From Balanoglossus misakiensis (taxonomy: Eukaryota > Animalia > Hemichordata), in the NCBI GenBank assembly GCA_040954595.2, contig CM082585.2, positions 4,985,808-5,049,807 of the forward strand: DNA of 64,000 nucleotides, read 5' to 3'. Below, one piece after another: positions 11,229 to 22,894 of this stretch (positions are counted from its first letter, which is position 1; every line of letters begins with the position of its first letter). The position numbers and the translations under genes were made by a program. A model generated the notes under the pieces. The model was not told where the DNA came from. It did no database searches and saw only the letters and a list, made by a program, of their open reading frames with translations.

Positions 11229-14200
11229 AAATCTGGCAATTTTCTCTTGAGGTTGGCAGACGACATCTTCCGCGGTGGCCATTGTGTCAGACGAAGCGAC
11301 GCTGATGGACGTGACCGAGTTTGCGCACTCACGCTGGTCACGTGACCGGTTTATATTTTTTCTGCTATTTCCCTAGCGGTTCATAGTCGATTCTATTTTC
11401 CTATCACGTGACGGATTCTGGCGAATCACGACACAGTATTAGCATGAGGTATATTATAAAAATCACTATTACAGTAGTGTAGTAAAAGACCTTTCAACTC
11501 CAGGTTCACCCTGCTACATTGTAGGTGATCATCAGTTGCATCATGATGGATTGAAAAGGGTGAAACAACAAAACAATCTCAAAGTCACAACTAAATAATG
11601 ATTACCGTAAAAGCTCACCCATAACCAGTAACCATCAAGTAGCATTGTGTAATTTGGACAGGCATCGTTAAAAGTCAAAATGATTATCAAACTTTGTTGA
11701 TATAATAAGGAGTAATGTTTTTTATGCATGATCAGGCAAGCATGCCAATCCTTTATCAGCAAATTTTGGGAAAAATACTTTGATAGTGCAGTGTGGACAC
11801 TCTGGTGTTCCGCGACCAGAGGTCGCGAGCGCTGCAGCACTTGCACAGCACACAACTAAATCTTTCAGTTGAAAAACTTTGATACATTTCCCAAAAATGA
11901 GTAACCCCCCCCTCTTCATCTACAATTTTTGAGAAACCCCCCCTTGCAGCCTTCCAATTTTTGAGTAACCCCCCCCCCCCTTGATTCCTCCGACCCCCCC
12001 AGGCCATAAATAATGACGGCTCCCTTACCTGTATGTCTTCTGTGTCGTTTATTTCCGCCTTTGCGATGTATGACTCATTTGTTGACTTCTCAACCTTGAA
12101 ATCGGCCTGCAACATTCTGTTACTCGCTGACAAGTGGATGTTTAAACTCTCGCTGTCTTCTTCCGGTTTTCGTTCGTGATACGAGATTTTGGCGCAGTGC
12201 ATCTTGGATGTATTCGCCGTCACGTCCCAGTTAAATTCTCCGGGAGATGGACGATCTGCAGACCAACAAGAAAACTGAAATTTTGGCAGATGCACACGGA
12301 CGAGGGCGCGAACCAAACCAAGTTTCGGACTTCACTAGTCTGGTCCCCTGCCCCAGTAGCGCAGCCAGCGGTGGGATTGGGGCAGGGGACCAGACTACGG
12401 ACTTCACATTGTATACGACGTGTTCTTTGTTGACGTCATTGCGGTTGTTTGCAGCAGTCAGAATTCAAAAGGAAAATCGCGACACGACACTAATCTCCCT
12501 CTTGTCCTCGTGGGCACATCAAATATTGCCTCAGGTTTGTTCGAAAAGTGCCCAGTGAATTAAAAAACACAAACAGCAATCGCACACCTCACAGGCTACG
12601 ACATAGCTAGCAGCTCGGCAGGGAAATTCAGTACTCGAAGAAGTCTGAACTCTATTTAGCATTTCGACCTCTGTGGAATCTATGCTGTATTTTACAGTAT
12701 ACACATGATGACTGACAATGAGGGCGACAGTGTATTTTGATGACCGAGGGCGATGCTAGTCACAACTAAAACAGTCTTGTCTGCCCGAGGGCATAGTCCG
12801 AGGGAAAACAGACTGTTTTGGTGTGACTGGCAGTCCCGAGGTCATCAGAAATACACTCTTGTCATCATGTGTTTTATAACACACCAAACCGATCGAACTG
12901 AAGCCCTGGGGAAAAGTTCGAAATGACTAAGGTCACGTGACGTCGTATTGACGAATCACGATCGAGGGTTCGCTGCATGGTGTGTTATAATTATAATTGA
13001 TTTCACCATAAGAAGTAATTAAATTACATAAATTTGATTTTTTTGTACTATTGGTGGGGACCATGAAATATAGTTTGTCAGAACAGATCTTCCTTCATGG
13101 CCCTAACAAAATATTTGAAAGAAAAAGAAAGAAAACAAATTGTCTAGAATTGCAAAGAAGATGTACATTTTAGAGCAGAACAGGTGCATGCTGAATACAT
13201 AATACATAAAGAAAAAACTCTGGATCAAACTGGTGGAAAAACAAAGCAAAAGAGAAACAGAATAATCTAGGAAAATGGGAAAATTCTAAAGGACAACGAA
13301 ACTGCCACAACAGTTTAGGCTGAAGGAAACTGAATAAACAAAAATGAAATGTGACAAAATTTTGAGGAAAAACTAGATTACTCAACTATGGAAGTTTGGG
13401 GTATCGGACAGACTTATAAGTGTTGAGTTTGAGTGCATATCGTAGGCTATAGTTTTTTGGGCAGTGGTAATCATTTATAGGATAGAAATCCTTACCTTTA
13501 AGACTGATCAAAACCGATTCGCCTCCTTTATACCTCCACCACATACGTGAATGTCTCTGGTGCCAGGCCACGTTCAGTCTTGTGCAGAACCCATGAGCAT
13601 TTCCCATAACTGTGCCCCGACGCTCAAGCAAAGATATTGTACCCGGGGAAACACGGTGAAATGTGTCGCAGTCTTTCACCACTGCATCCCTGGTCAAACG
13701 GAAATCTTTCAAATCTTTGTCAAAATCGGGTCCATATTCTCGAATTTTCCGCCACAGCGTTTTGTTGAACATGTCATATATCTGGACATCCAGAAAGTTC
13801 CATTTGCGTATGGACTCTTTCAAGTGTTCATCGAGAGGAACACGCTTTGATCTCGAACGCACCCGTCGTGATATATACAATATATCCTCCATTTTCCAGC
13901 ACATAATCCTTTTCAGCAACACCAGGGAATGGTCGTAATATTCAGCCACAAGAACTAAGTCAAGTTCTTTCTCCAGTGTTGTAAAGTACTTATCAGGGTT
14001 GTGGTGATATTCCTGGTCCAAACCGAGATGGCGGGCCTGGCCGTTCCGTACCACGGCCACTTGGGGTGGTTCCCCCTTTCTTTGAATCACCTTGAAGTAA
14101 TATTCTGCGTTCTGTAGAAATTCTTTCAATTTTGCGGTGCTATTTGGATAATGTGTTTTCTTAAGGAATCTTTCCAAATGGAAAAATTCAAACGCGGATT

Positions 14201-15926
14201 CAAAGTTTGCAGCTGGCTCACGTACGATTGAGACCAAAATTGTATTGGGAGATTTTGCACCACGGCAGTTCAGTCCAGTTTTATCAGCGCCGACAATATT
14301 TAGTGTTCCATTCTCTCTCAAGAAATGAATACGATTTCTTCGTTGCATTTTCAGCACGGCTAATTCGGCACCATGATTTTCCCCATTCACGTGATAGAGT
14401 CTCATGGTTCCTTTGTATCCGCTACCTTCGTGGTGTATAATTTGTTTTTCATGAGTAAATTGGTTTTTCTTTGCGAATCTATCGATCAGTGTTACAAGAG
14501 TTGTACTGCCCGTCTTGCGGTTGAAGATATACGCCACGTTGTTAAGTTGCTCGCAACGTTCGGCCAGTCCACGGCTTCTGGATGGCGGCGGTATCCAACG
14601 TTGTGAATGAATCTCCGAAACTGACGCCCTCGCGTGAAATCCTGAAATATGACTATAACCGGTAATTGGATCACTTACGCGTCATCATAAATTGAAACAA
14701 TAAGTATATACATCGCGCACTCTTGGACGCGAGAGCGAGCGCACGCGCAGTCAAAATGAATCTAGGTCTTCATATATACAACTTATTCTCTGACCATTTT
14801 TCAACTAAAATAGCCGCTGTAAGTACGAAAGGTTCATTGTCATAGCAAGTGCATTTCAATCCTTCGTATAGTTTAATTATAATGGAATTAAATTGCATTG
14901 GCCAAGACAGTAGATGCTATAATGCAGATATTATTCACCTACCTATATGTCTTTTTGACAAATGTACTCGAATAGTCTTCATGCAACACATAGTACAAGG
15001 TTACAATGACACTGACACTTAACATCACCAAGAACATTAGTCGTATCTAAAATAAATCAAACATGTCTGCATACTTTAGTCCTAAATTTAGACATAAAAA
15101 CAAGCCACTGTTTTTTCATCAGTAGTAGATAAATTTCATTTTATTCGGGCATAACACAACCTCAAATAAATCACCTGTACTTAGTCTCCATGCCCCTTCA
15201 TGCAAATTTGCATTCGTATGACACAGTGGAAAAATTCAGATTTGCATACGTATCGCACGGTGGATTCATGCAAATTTGCATACGTATAACTCAGTGGAAT
15301 CATGCACATTTGCATACGTATGACACAGTTGAAGATGTGTGTACAGCACACTATAGCATTGCATAGTGCATTGCAGTGGGTGTACAATAATGACCACTAA
15401 TTACCTTGGTAATTTCAGACATAGTTTACAAGCTTACTGGATGCATATACTTAGCAGCGTTATTTTCTTCGTGACGTCACAGATGTTCTTATTCGCAACT
15501 TTTACCGAAGATGTACTGTTGAAATGAGAAACATGAATGAGCAAAAATGTTGAGTACACAATTTGCATATTTAATATTTCTGAGCATTGTTTCCCCATTT
15601 TCGGTCAAAAATCCTTTTGTCTAAAACCGCTTGCTTTGAAATTTAGTAGGAATGTTTCTTGGGGTAACCCAAGTAAGGTGTTGAAAAATAATAGTGAAAT
15701 TTGCATATTTGTGTAATTGGGGAAATTTTTGCAATTTTTCGTCAAAAATTGTTTTCTTTCAAACCGCGTGTCAGAGTGCTTTGACCTTTGGTAGTTATGT
15801 TACTTGTGGTGATTGAAATAATATACTTATTTGGTACTCTATATGTTTACATAAATTTAATAGGCCAGCTGTCACAAAGACTACCAGCTGTTCTATTATT
15901 AATTACCAGTGGCAGGTCAGTGAGCG

Positions 15927-15965
<39 letters not shown>

Positions 15966-18717
15966 CAATTTTTCTAGCACTAAGATTCATTGCCATGACA
16001 CATGGCAGTTTATTTGAGCATGGTCCTAGTTATTGTTGTTACATTTCCATATTTATAATTGGTTAGGTCATATATGCTTGCCAACGTCACGGGTGATTTT
16101 TTTATTCTGGTATAAGCCTACTTCCATGTAATCCTCAAATGGGATCACGGTGCCTATGACGCTATGTTTTTTATCCGACCTGTACTACGTGGAGGAGATT
16201 CTTGTGATAGACATTCAAAAACTAAGGTATTCAGAGATTCAAAAGCTCAGAAGTCTTTCACACTGCACATGGTCATCAAAGTAGGCCATGACCCTCCCAG
16301 TATACAAGTGACATTGTCCGGTCTTTCAAAGGACAGCGTGAACCATCCAGTAGAGCACGGTTACTAGAAGAAGTAACCGTGAGTAGAGTAAGGAATTTAG
16401 ATCACGCATTTATGTTGGAGGGGTCGGCACAACTAGTATACACTTGTATACAATAGTAAACCTTTAGGGAATCTTGGAGACTGCTTTTCAGAAAGCCTGC
16501 CAAGTACCGACTCAAATGCAGTCGTTTACATAAATGTGTGTGTATGTGTGTGGGGGTGTGTCTGTGTGTGTTTGGGCGCGTGTCTTCCAGCTCATAAAAG
16601 TACATATATGAAGACGGCAGTCCGTGGAAGTGCAAGGTTTTGTCTACTTGATATCGCTGTCGCACGAATCAATGGCTTATCAACTATACTCAACACTCTC
16701 TTTTCTGCATCACCGCCATCATCAAAACAATTCAGGATGTCCACTGTAGCTGTGCGTGGCTGGCGAGTTCTGCTCTGGGGTGACGCTGCGCGTTTGCTAT
16801 CGGCTGTGTGGTTGGAGACACGCCCGGTAACAACACACCCCTTCAACATGATTCAAACCAAGCAGATCAAGCCAGTCAAGAATCAGTTTTCTGAAGTTTG
16901 TATATGAGTGCTGGCGTAAGTCATTCAAGAAAAAGGGTGCATTTAACGTAACTGAGACACCCTTCACTTTGATGCGGTTTGCCACATACACGAGAGAACA
17001 GGTTTGCGCAAGGCATGAAATAGAACGGGGCTTCAATACTGAATACACTGACGGTTGGCATTCGTCGTGAAGTTTGCAAACATAAAATATGATACCACCT
17101 CGGAATGAATTTGCAAAATGTGACGTAACTTATCTGGTGAAGAAGCGACCGTGAACCATGCGACTTCCATTCTGACGTTCAAACACCGAACAAGCAAACG
17201 TTTTACGCCAGCCATTACTGCATGTGATATACTTAGTCTAATAGTTTTCCATTCCATTTGTTATCTGGTCAACAAGCGTCTGTTAGCTCCCCCCAAAAAA
17301 CACTTTTCGGGGTGAGTTTATAGTGCAAGACTCGGACATTACCTGATGTTCTGTTCTGTTCTGTTCTGTTCATGAGAAGGACACTTTACTTCTTGAAGAA
17401 ATGGGTTCCTACTCTTCAAAGTGGGACGGGTTACCGTTGGTGCTCCTTGCTGTCCAAATGAAATGCCGAGGACGAACGCGTTTCTACAGAGAGCAGAACA
17501 AAGGAGCAGACAATGTCTGACCTGGGCTGAGGGCGTGTGCATTCAAAGTTAGAATGAATAGCAAGGATATGGCAATGACAATACAGGACACTTTCACCTT
17601 CTGGTCTGAGTACCATGACGGTATGTGTGTGCGTAGATGAGAGCTGTACACACATCATTCTATAGATCTTTTAATTCGAGTACCACGAGATTGGTTCACA
17701 CCGTTCATATGCCTCACCAAATTAAACCGGTGGTTTTAGATATTTTTTGATCGACATTGGTATAGGCATTACGGTATATTTTTCCATTCCATTGGATCAA
17801 AGTACATCTAGGTCAACAGGGGCCTGTGAACCAGAAAACTCGAGAGCAGAACAAGGGCTACATAGAGACTTGTCTCTGACCGGGTATTATAATCAACGTT
17901 AAAATGAATAGTTGGTTATTGAAAGGGAACCCATCTGTACAATGCCCGTTCAGCCTTTGGTACTTGTTGCATTCTATAATATTGAACAGTCAACAATTTC
18001 TGGTATTATGAACTTTGACACTTCACGTGTAAATAAGTTAAAATAGCAAGTCGTTACAGAACACTGCGCATGCGCAAACGGTCCCTGCGACGGACGGCGT
18101 AAAGGGCTCTGTAGAACACTTTATTTTCGCGAGCAATTAATTTTCGCCAAATACGCGAGAGCCAAAATAGCGGCGTGGAAATAAAAATTGCGTAAATGTT
18201 TTTTGAAGATAACGATGCAGTGAATGAAATAAGTGAACGCGAAAATTAATACTCGCGAAACAGTGGCCTCTCTCGATATCGGTATACCTGGGCGAGTATG
18301 ACCATGTTCTGCCCAGAAAGAGGGTCTTGGGAAATCTATTCGACATTTATGACATTTGATTTTATGATCTGACGATATTATAAATCTATTTACCAAACTT
18401 CCCCCTCCCCCTCTCTCTCTCTCTCGCTATCTGTCTCTCTTCCCCCTCCCCCCTCTCTCTCGCTATCTCTCGCTATATCTCTCTCTTCCCCCCCTCTCTC
18501 TTCCATTTGTAGACAGCTTTAGCAAGTCCAGAACTTCTCATATACACCTGAGACTAGTATACCTGTTAGGGATAATCGTCTCAGTGTACACCCATTGCGA
18601 ATCTGGTGACCGGTACGTAGTGCGGCATTGAGCGGAGGCTCAAATCCCGCACGTTCGGTAGACTTTGGAAGTAACGCATCCGCGAGTTTCGCAAAATGTG
18701 AGTATTGACGAAGGAAA
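11229..18717. repeat. Right arm of the inverted duplication (may continue to 26313; not verifiable inside the window)
   Basis: Reverse complement of 1-7487, e.g. ORF 4181..5332(+) = 13386..14537(-) and ORF 322..597(+) = 18121..18396(-). Confidence 0.97.
13386..15422 (-). CDS. Second, identical copy of the GAL3ST-like sulfotransferase gene
   Basis: Mirror copy; exons 15422-15405, 15046-14943, 14652-13386. ORF 13386..14537 translates identically to 4181..5332. Confidence 0.88.
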
Positions 18718-21229
18718 TGCGGCGGCAAGTAACATTCCAATTTGCTAATGCAGTACACGCCTCGGGGACAGATTTTGTATAACATTGATAGCCCGCAGAA
18801 ACTTTCAATTTTTTGCTATATTAAAGTCCGTCTGTGAGGTGTTTTTTTTAAAAACATGAATAATCACCAACGCGTTTTCCTATCTGCATAAAAACCCGCT
18901 ATTTTTATTTTCTTCACGTAGTTAACGCAGAGATTGGAGACCAATTGAAATTCAAATTTGAGATAATTTTCCTCTGTACGGTGACGCCTAAATTTTATTT
19001 TCTATTTTACAACTGTCACAAATAATCTGAAGCTTCCTCGAGTAAAATATGAGAACAACCGTTTACTGGTAAGAATCTGCATAAATTCAGTAACGCTGAA
19101 TATATTTACATAATAATGTACCACCTGTTGGATCATAAAGGACGAAAGGTAACAATGCTGAAATATGGTAAACAGAGTAATCGCACGAACAAACAAAAAC
19201 GAACAAGAACTCGCTCAAAAGTTACACGCTGAATTGTATGAATTTGCCGATTATTTGATACTGTTGATGGGGTGTGGCGTTGATGTGACACCGGCGAAAC
19301 GTTGGAAACAGTAACTGAAGTTGAACTTGTAGATGCCAAGTGCTTACGTAGCGCCGAAGACGTGATTACTCGAAAACTTGCCAATGATCTGGTCACTTCC
19401 ATAGAGGCTTCCCGGCAGTGTTGACGACAATAGTCGTTGTTGGCATGGCGACGGTTGATTCGAGTAGCTTTTGACACTTGCCTCGTTTACGTGCCCACAT
19501 CGTATAGGTGTACATGTAAACGGTGTGTCGAGTGTCGAAACTCGCATTATCTAAGTGTTTGTTGCAAATCGTAGTCTTGATACAGTGCTAATATTTTCGA
19601 CAGGCCCATGCACTTCCTTGCTCAGGTTTTTTTTTCATATCTCAAAGTATGTCACTCAGCTCATATTTTTTTTTTGCATTTGGCCTAAAACAGTCCCCCA
19701 GCGGGCTTTATCTCCTCACAACGGGCCATACCCCTTACTTACTCTGTCAAATATGTAATTATCAAGGTTTTTCTATGTCACGTGGCTCGGTCTCAGCCCG
19801 CAATCAAGAGGTGCTGAATGATTGACAGTATCGGCGACATTGAGAGCTTCTTGTCAAATCACTAGGGCTGATCGGCGTTTTGTGCGTCCTCGAGACTTTC
19901 CAATCATTTTTCGTCGTCTTGACAGCTCCTTGAAATACATACTTTGCAACTTGAAAAGTCGTGCATTATATTTAACTTTCGTTCTATGGAGGTCCTTTAG
20001 GTGTAATATGTCAATAAACTGATGCCGTTTTTTTGTTAAATATTTATTTATTGCAAGAAACGAAACAAAACACAAAGACATACAATACATTAAGAAATAC
20101 AGAAACAAGGACGTTCTATACGAAACGCGGACGCGCATTTCAGTATCACCCATTCTTGGAGCAAGACTAGTCCAGACCCCGTTGTTAATATTGTGGCATT
20201 TCCCCCACATGACATCACAATTCATGTAGAGTCAGGATATAGCCACCTCCTCTTTGAACATGGCCAATAAAACATTGATATCACAAACACTCTCGCAAGG
20301 CATTCTTAGTATTGAAACAGCTAAATAGCATATGTTGAAAATATCCACAGAACTAATGTGTTAGTTAATCTTCCATTTCTTAGAGAACAACTAAAATATC
20401 TAACAGCAACAAGTGGAAAATCAGAATCGGAGAAATAAAACGTCTGGGTTTTAAAAACTTATGTCAAAATAACTTAAACAATGCAGATACTCGAAATTAC
20501 ATGATATAATTCACTCTCAAAAAGAAAATGAATTTCGTCTTCAAGTGCGTCTTTACAGAAATCAAAAATCTGATAATAATTTTAAAATGTACCTATTTCA
20601 ATTTGTTCAACCAATAACAAGAATAAAATGTGCTAACAGTGAAAATATTCTGAGTGATAAATTACATATTTTTTAGTTCACTACACCTTATATTGTGGTG
20701 AGCACTGTGATAATATAAACAAAACCTATTTGTTATTCAAGAACAAAACGTCAGATTTCGCAAATGATAATATTGCGTTCACTACTACAAAATCTTACTG
20801 TGTTAACAACGGCGCATGTGTTTTGAAAGCGTCGTCGACCGCGCGCACTGTACCTTGGTTTTCTATATCAAAGCATTTTTATCGCACGTTTGCCAATACA
20901 CGGGCATGTGGAAGGACCGCCCACCGGAGAATGTTGGACGGTTGCCGGTCTAGGCCTCTAGTGGTGGAATGATTAGTGCGATCGCAACGCACGCTCCTGA
21001 GGCCTCGCTTTCTGTGTCTTTGAGTATTGACATGTCAGAAGTGAACCTTTAAAAGTATTTTAAGGATGTGCGATCGGTATAATTGAAAGTGTTGTCATTA
21101 ACAAGTAATTTTACACCATCGGCACTAGAAATGTCTTTGTTTGAGATAATTTAAAGACTTTTCACTCAAAGATGTACTGCGAACGAAGTACATTTTCTCT
21201 CTTCCCATCGGACGAATTTATTCATTATG

Positions 21230-21480
21230 AAAATATACACATAGCTCGGCCGAATGTTAATAATTATATTCTGTGGTCGAATAAAATCATACAGTCACCC
21301 CGCTCTATTTTGAGATAAACTTTGTTAAATATTTTGTCAAAAATGCTGACTCAGCAGTTATTTTGTTTTCATTATAGACTAAAATCGCGGCCCAGTATTT
21401 TAGAAACAAGCACGGTGACCCCAGCGGATTTGTATTATGCACACAAACGGGAAAACGTAAAATCTACAATTAAAAGAAAT
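21230..21480. repeat. Dispersed repeat, diverged copy at ~32400-32660
   Basis: Shared blocks ACACATAGCTC, GCTCTATTT.GAGATAAA, AAAAATGCTGA.TCAGCAG, GACTAAAATC, AAACAAGC.CGGTGACCCC. Confidence 0.65.
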
Positions 21481-21527
21481 TGTTGGACGTGTTTCGGCCT
21501 AGTACACAGGCGCAATCATTTCAAACA

Positions 21528-21760
21528 TTAAAGGGACAAAAATCGCTCTTTTTGACCGTTCTGTGATATCAAGAATACCTTGAATACTCGCATTAAGTCT
21601 CCTGGTTAACAAAAGTCAGTTTACAAGCAGAGTGAAGTTTGTATACAGCTGACCAGTACTTAAGTATGCTTTAAGACGTCAAACAGAATATATATACAGC
21701 TTTTCGTGTCAAACACAACTGACCAAATACATTGCAAAAGAGAGCGACTTTGTCCCTTAA
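21528..21760. mobile_element. Short TIR element at a TTAA site (Kolobok-like MITE)
   Basis: TTAA-AGGGACAAAATCGCTCT ... AGAGCGACTTTGTCCCT-TAA. Confidence 0.55.
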
Positions 21761-21865
21761 AGCTTACACATGTTATTGTGTATTTCGGAAATGACAAACT
21801 CACTTAGCTTCGACCCGTCGTGATACAGCCTTTCTGTGAAAGTGAATTCAAGATTCTAGTCCACC

Positions 21866-22894
21866 TCATCTCTCGTCTGTTGCAGACTCGTGTGAAGAAC
21901 TGCCACGAAGCCGCGTGCCATACGTTGGTAGACTTGCGTGCTGCTGTAGTGGTGCCACTTCGCTGGTCTTCCTTGAGAAACAGGCGGACGCCGCGCGAAG
22001 AAGTTTCTTGAAGGCGGTGGACAGCGTGCTGTCGTACGAGTAGAGGAGGGGGTTGATGGCCGCGTTGAGGTAGGAGCATCTCCAGCCCCACTTGACCATG
22101 TGGTTCGTGATGACGCAGCGGTCGCACGCGGCTCTCAGCAGGAGTATGGTGTGGACCGGACTCCATGTGCACAGGTAAGCGATGACCACCAGGGAAGCCA
22201 TGAGGGCCGCCTTGATCTCCTTCTTGGTCAGAATCGGTATCGTCGCCACGGCGGATGATCCGGCCGACTCCCCGGCCCTGACGGGCGCTTGAAGCATGGC
22301 TTTGACACGCCGCGACTGTTGGCGGACCAAAACGGCCGTGCGAGCCGCGGTGAACATTATACACAGCGACGGAATGACAAAGAAGGCAGCCCCCGCGTAC
22401 ACAGCAATGCCGTTCGATCGGATTCTTGGACACTTACGGGTGAGAGTTACATTGTACTGTTCGTTGCTGAAGGCGGCGATGGGCGGCACAAACCCGGGCA
22501 GCGACAGTACCCAGGTGAGCGCGATGATGATGCCGACGGTTTTCTCGCCGAACCAAGTCAAGTAACGATACGGGTAGAAAATCTGAATGTACTTGTGGAT
22601 ACTCACTGTGCAGGTGCTCACCGTGTTTGCCAGCGACAGAAAGGACGTGGTTCCCCAGAGCATTCGACACAAGTTGAGATTCGGCGACTGGAGCGACGCC
22701 ACGCCCACCTCCATGGGCAGCACCGCCACTCCTTGAAGAAAATCGGTCAGACTCAGACTGAGGATGAATCGGTAGTGATGTCTCGAGAGAAGTGTTCGGT
22801 GTGTGCAAAGGGTGGCGATGACGACGGCGTTGCCGGCCACCGTGACAATGCAGAGGACAGATAGATAGATGACTGTCACCAAAGAGAGCTCCAT
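21866..22894 (-). CDS. Intronless class A (rhodopsin-like) GPCR, amine/adenosine/trace-amine receptor-like, 342 aa
   Basis: Seven hydrophobic segments; TM1 GNAVV, TM2 SLSLTDF, TM3 Cys and SIHKY at the DRY position, TM4 W, TM5 FFVIP, TM6 WSP, TM7 NAAINPLLY; GC-rich ORF against an AT-rich background. Confidence 0.92.
   Translation of the reverse strand: MELSLVTVIYLSVLCIVTVAGNAVVIATLCTHRTLLSRHHYRFILSLSLTDFLQGVAVLPMEVGVASLQSPNLNLCRMLWGTTSFLSLANTVSTCTVSIHKYIQIFYPYRYLTWFGEKTVGIIIALTWVLSLPGFVPPIAAFSNEQYNVTLTRKCPRIRSNGIAVYAGAAFFVIPSLCIMFTAARTAVLVRQQSRRVKAMLQAPVRAGESAGSSAVATIPILTKKEIKAALMASLVVIAYLCTWSPVHTILLLRAACDRCVITNHMVKWGWRCSYLNAAINPLLYSYDSTLSTAFKKLLRAASACFSRKTSEVAPLQQHASLPTYGTRLRGSSSHESATDER

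Noticed and set aside
11756-12316. 186-aa ORF (versus 132-aa mirror at 6402..6800) as a distinct gene
   Set aside because: The length difference comes only from a G10/G12 homopolymer inside a MITE terminus; the ORF reads through repeat sequence.
18600-18670. tRNA or tRNA-derived SINE head (GGCTCAAATCCCG B-box-like; mirror at ~50-120)
   Set aside because: No convincing A-box or cloverleaf, and no independent copy in the window.
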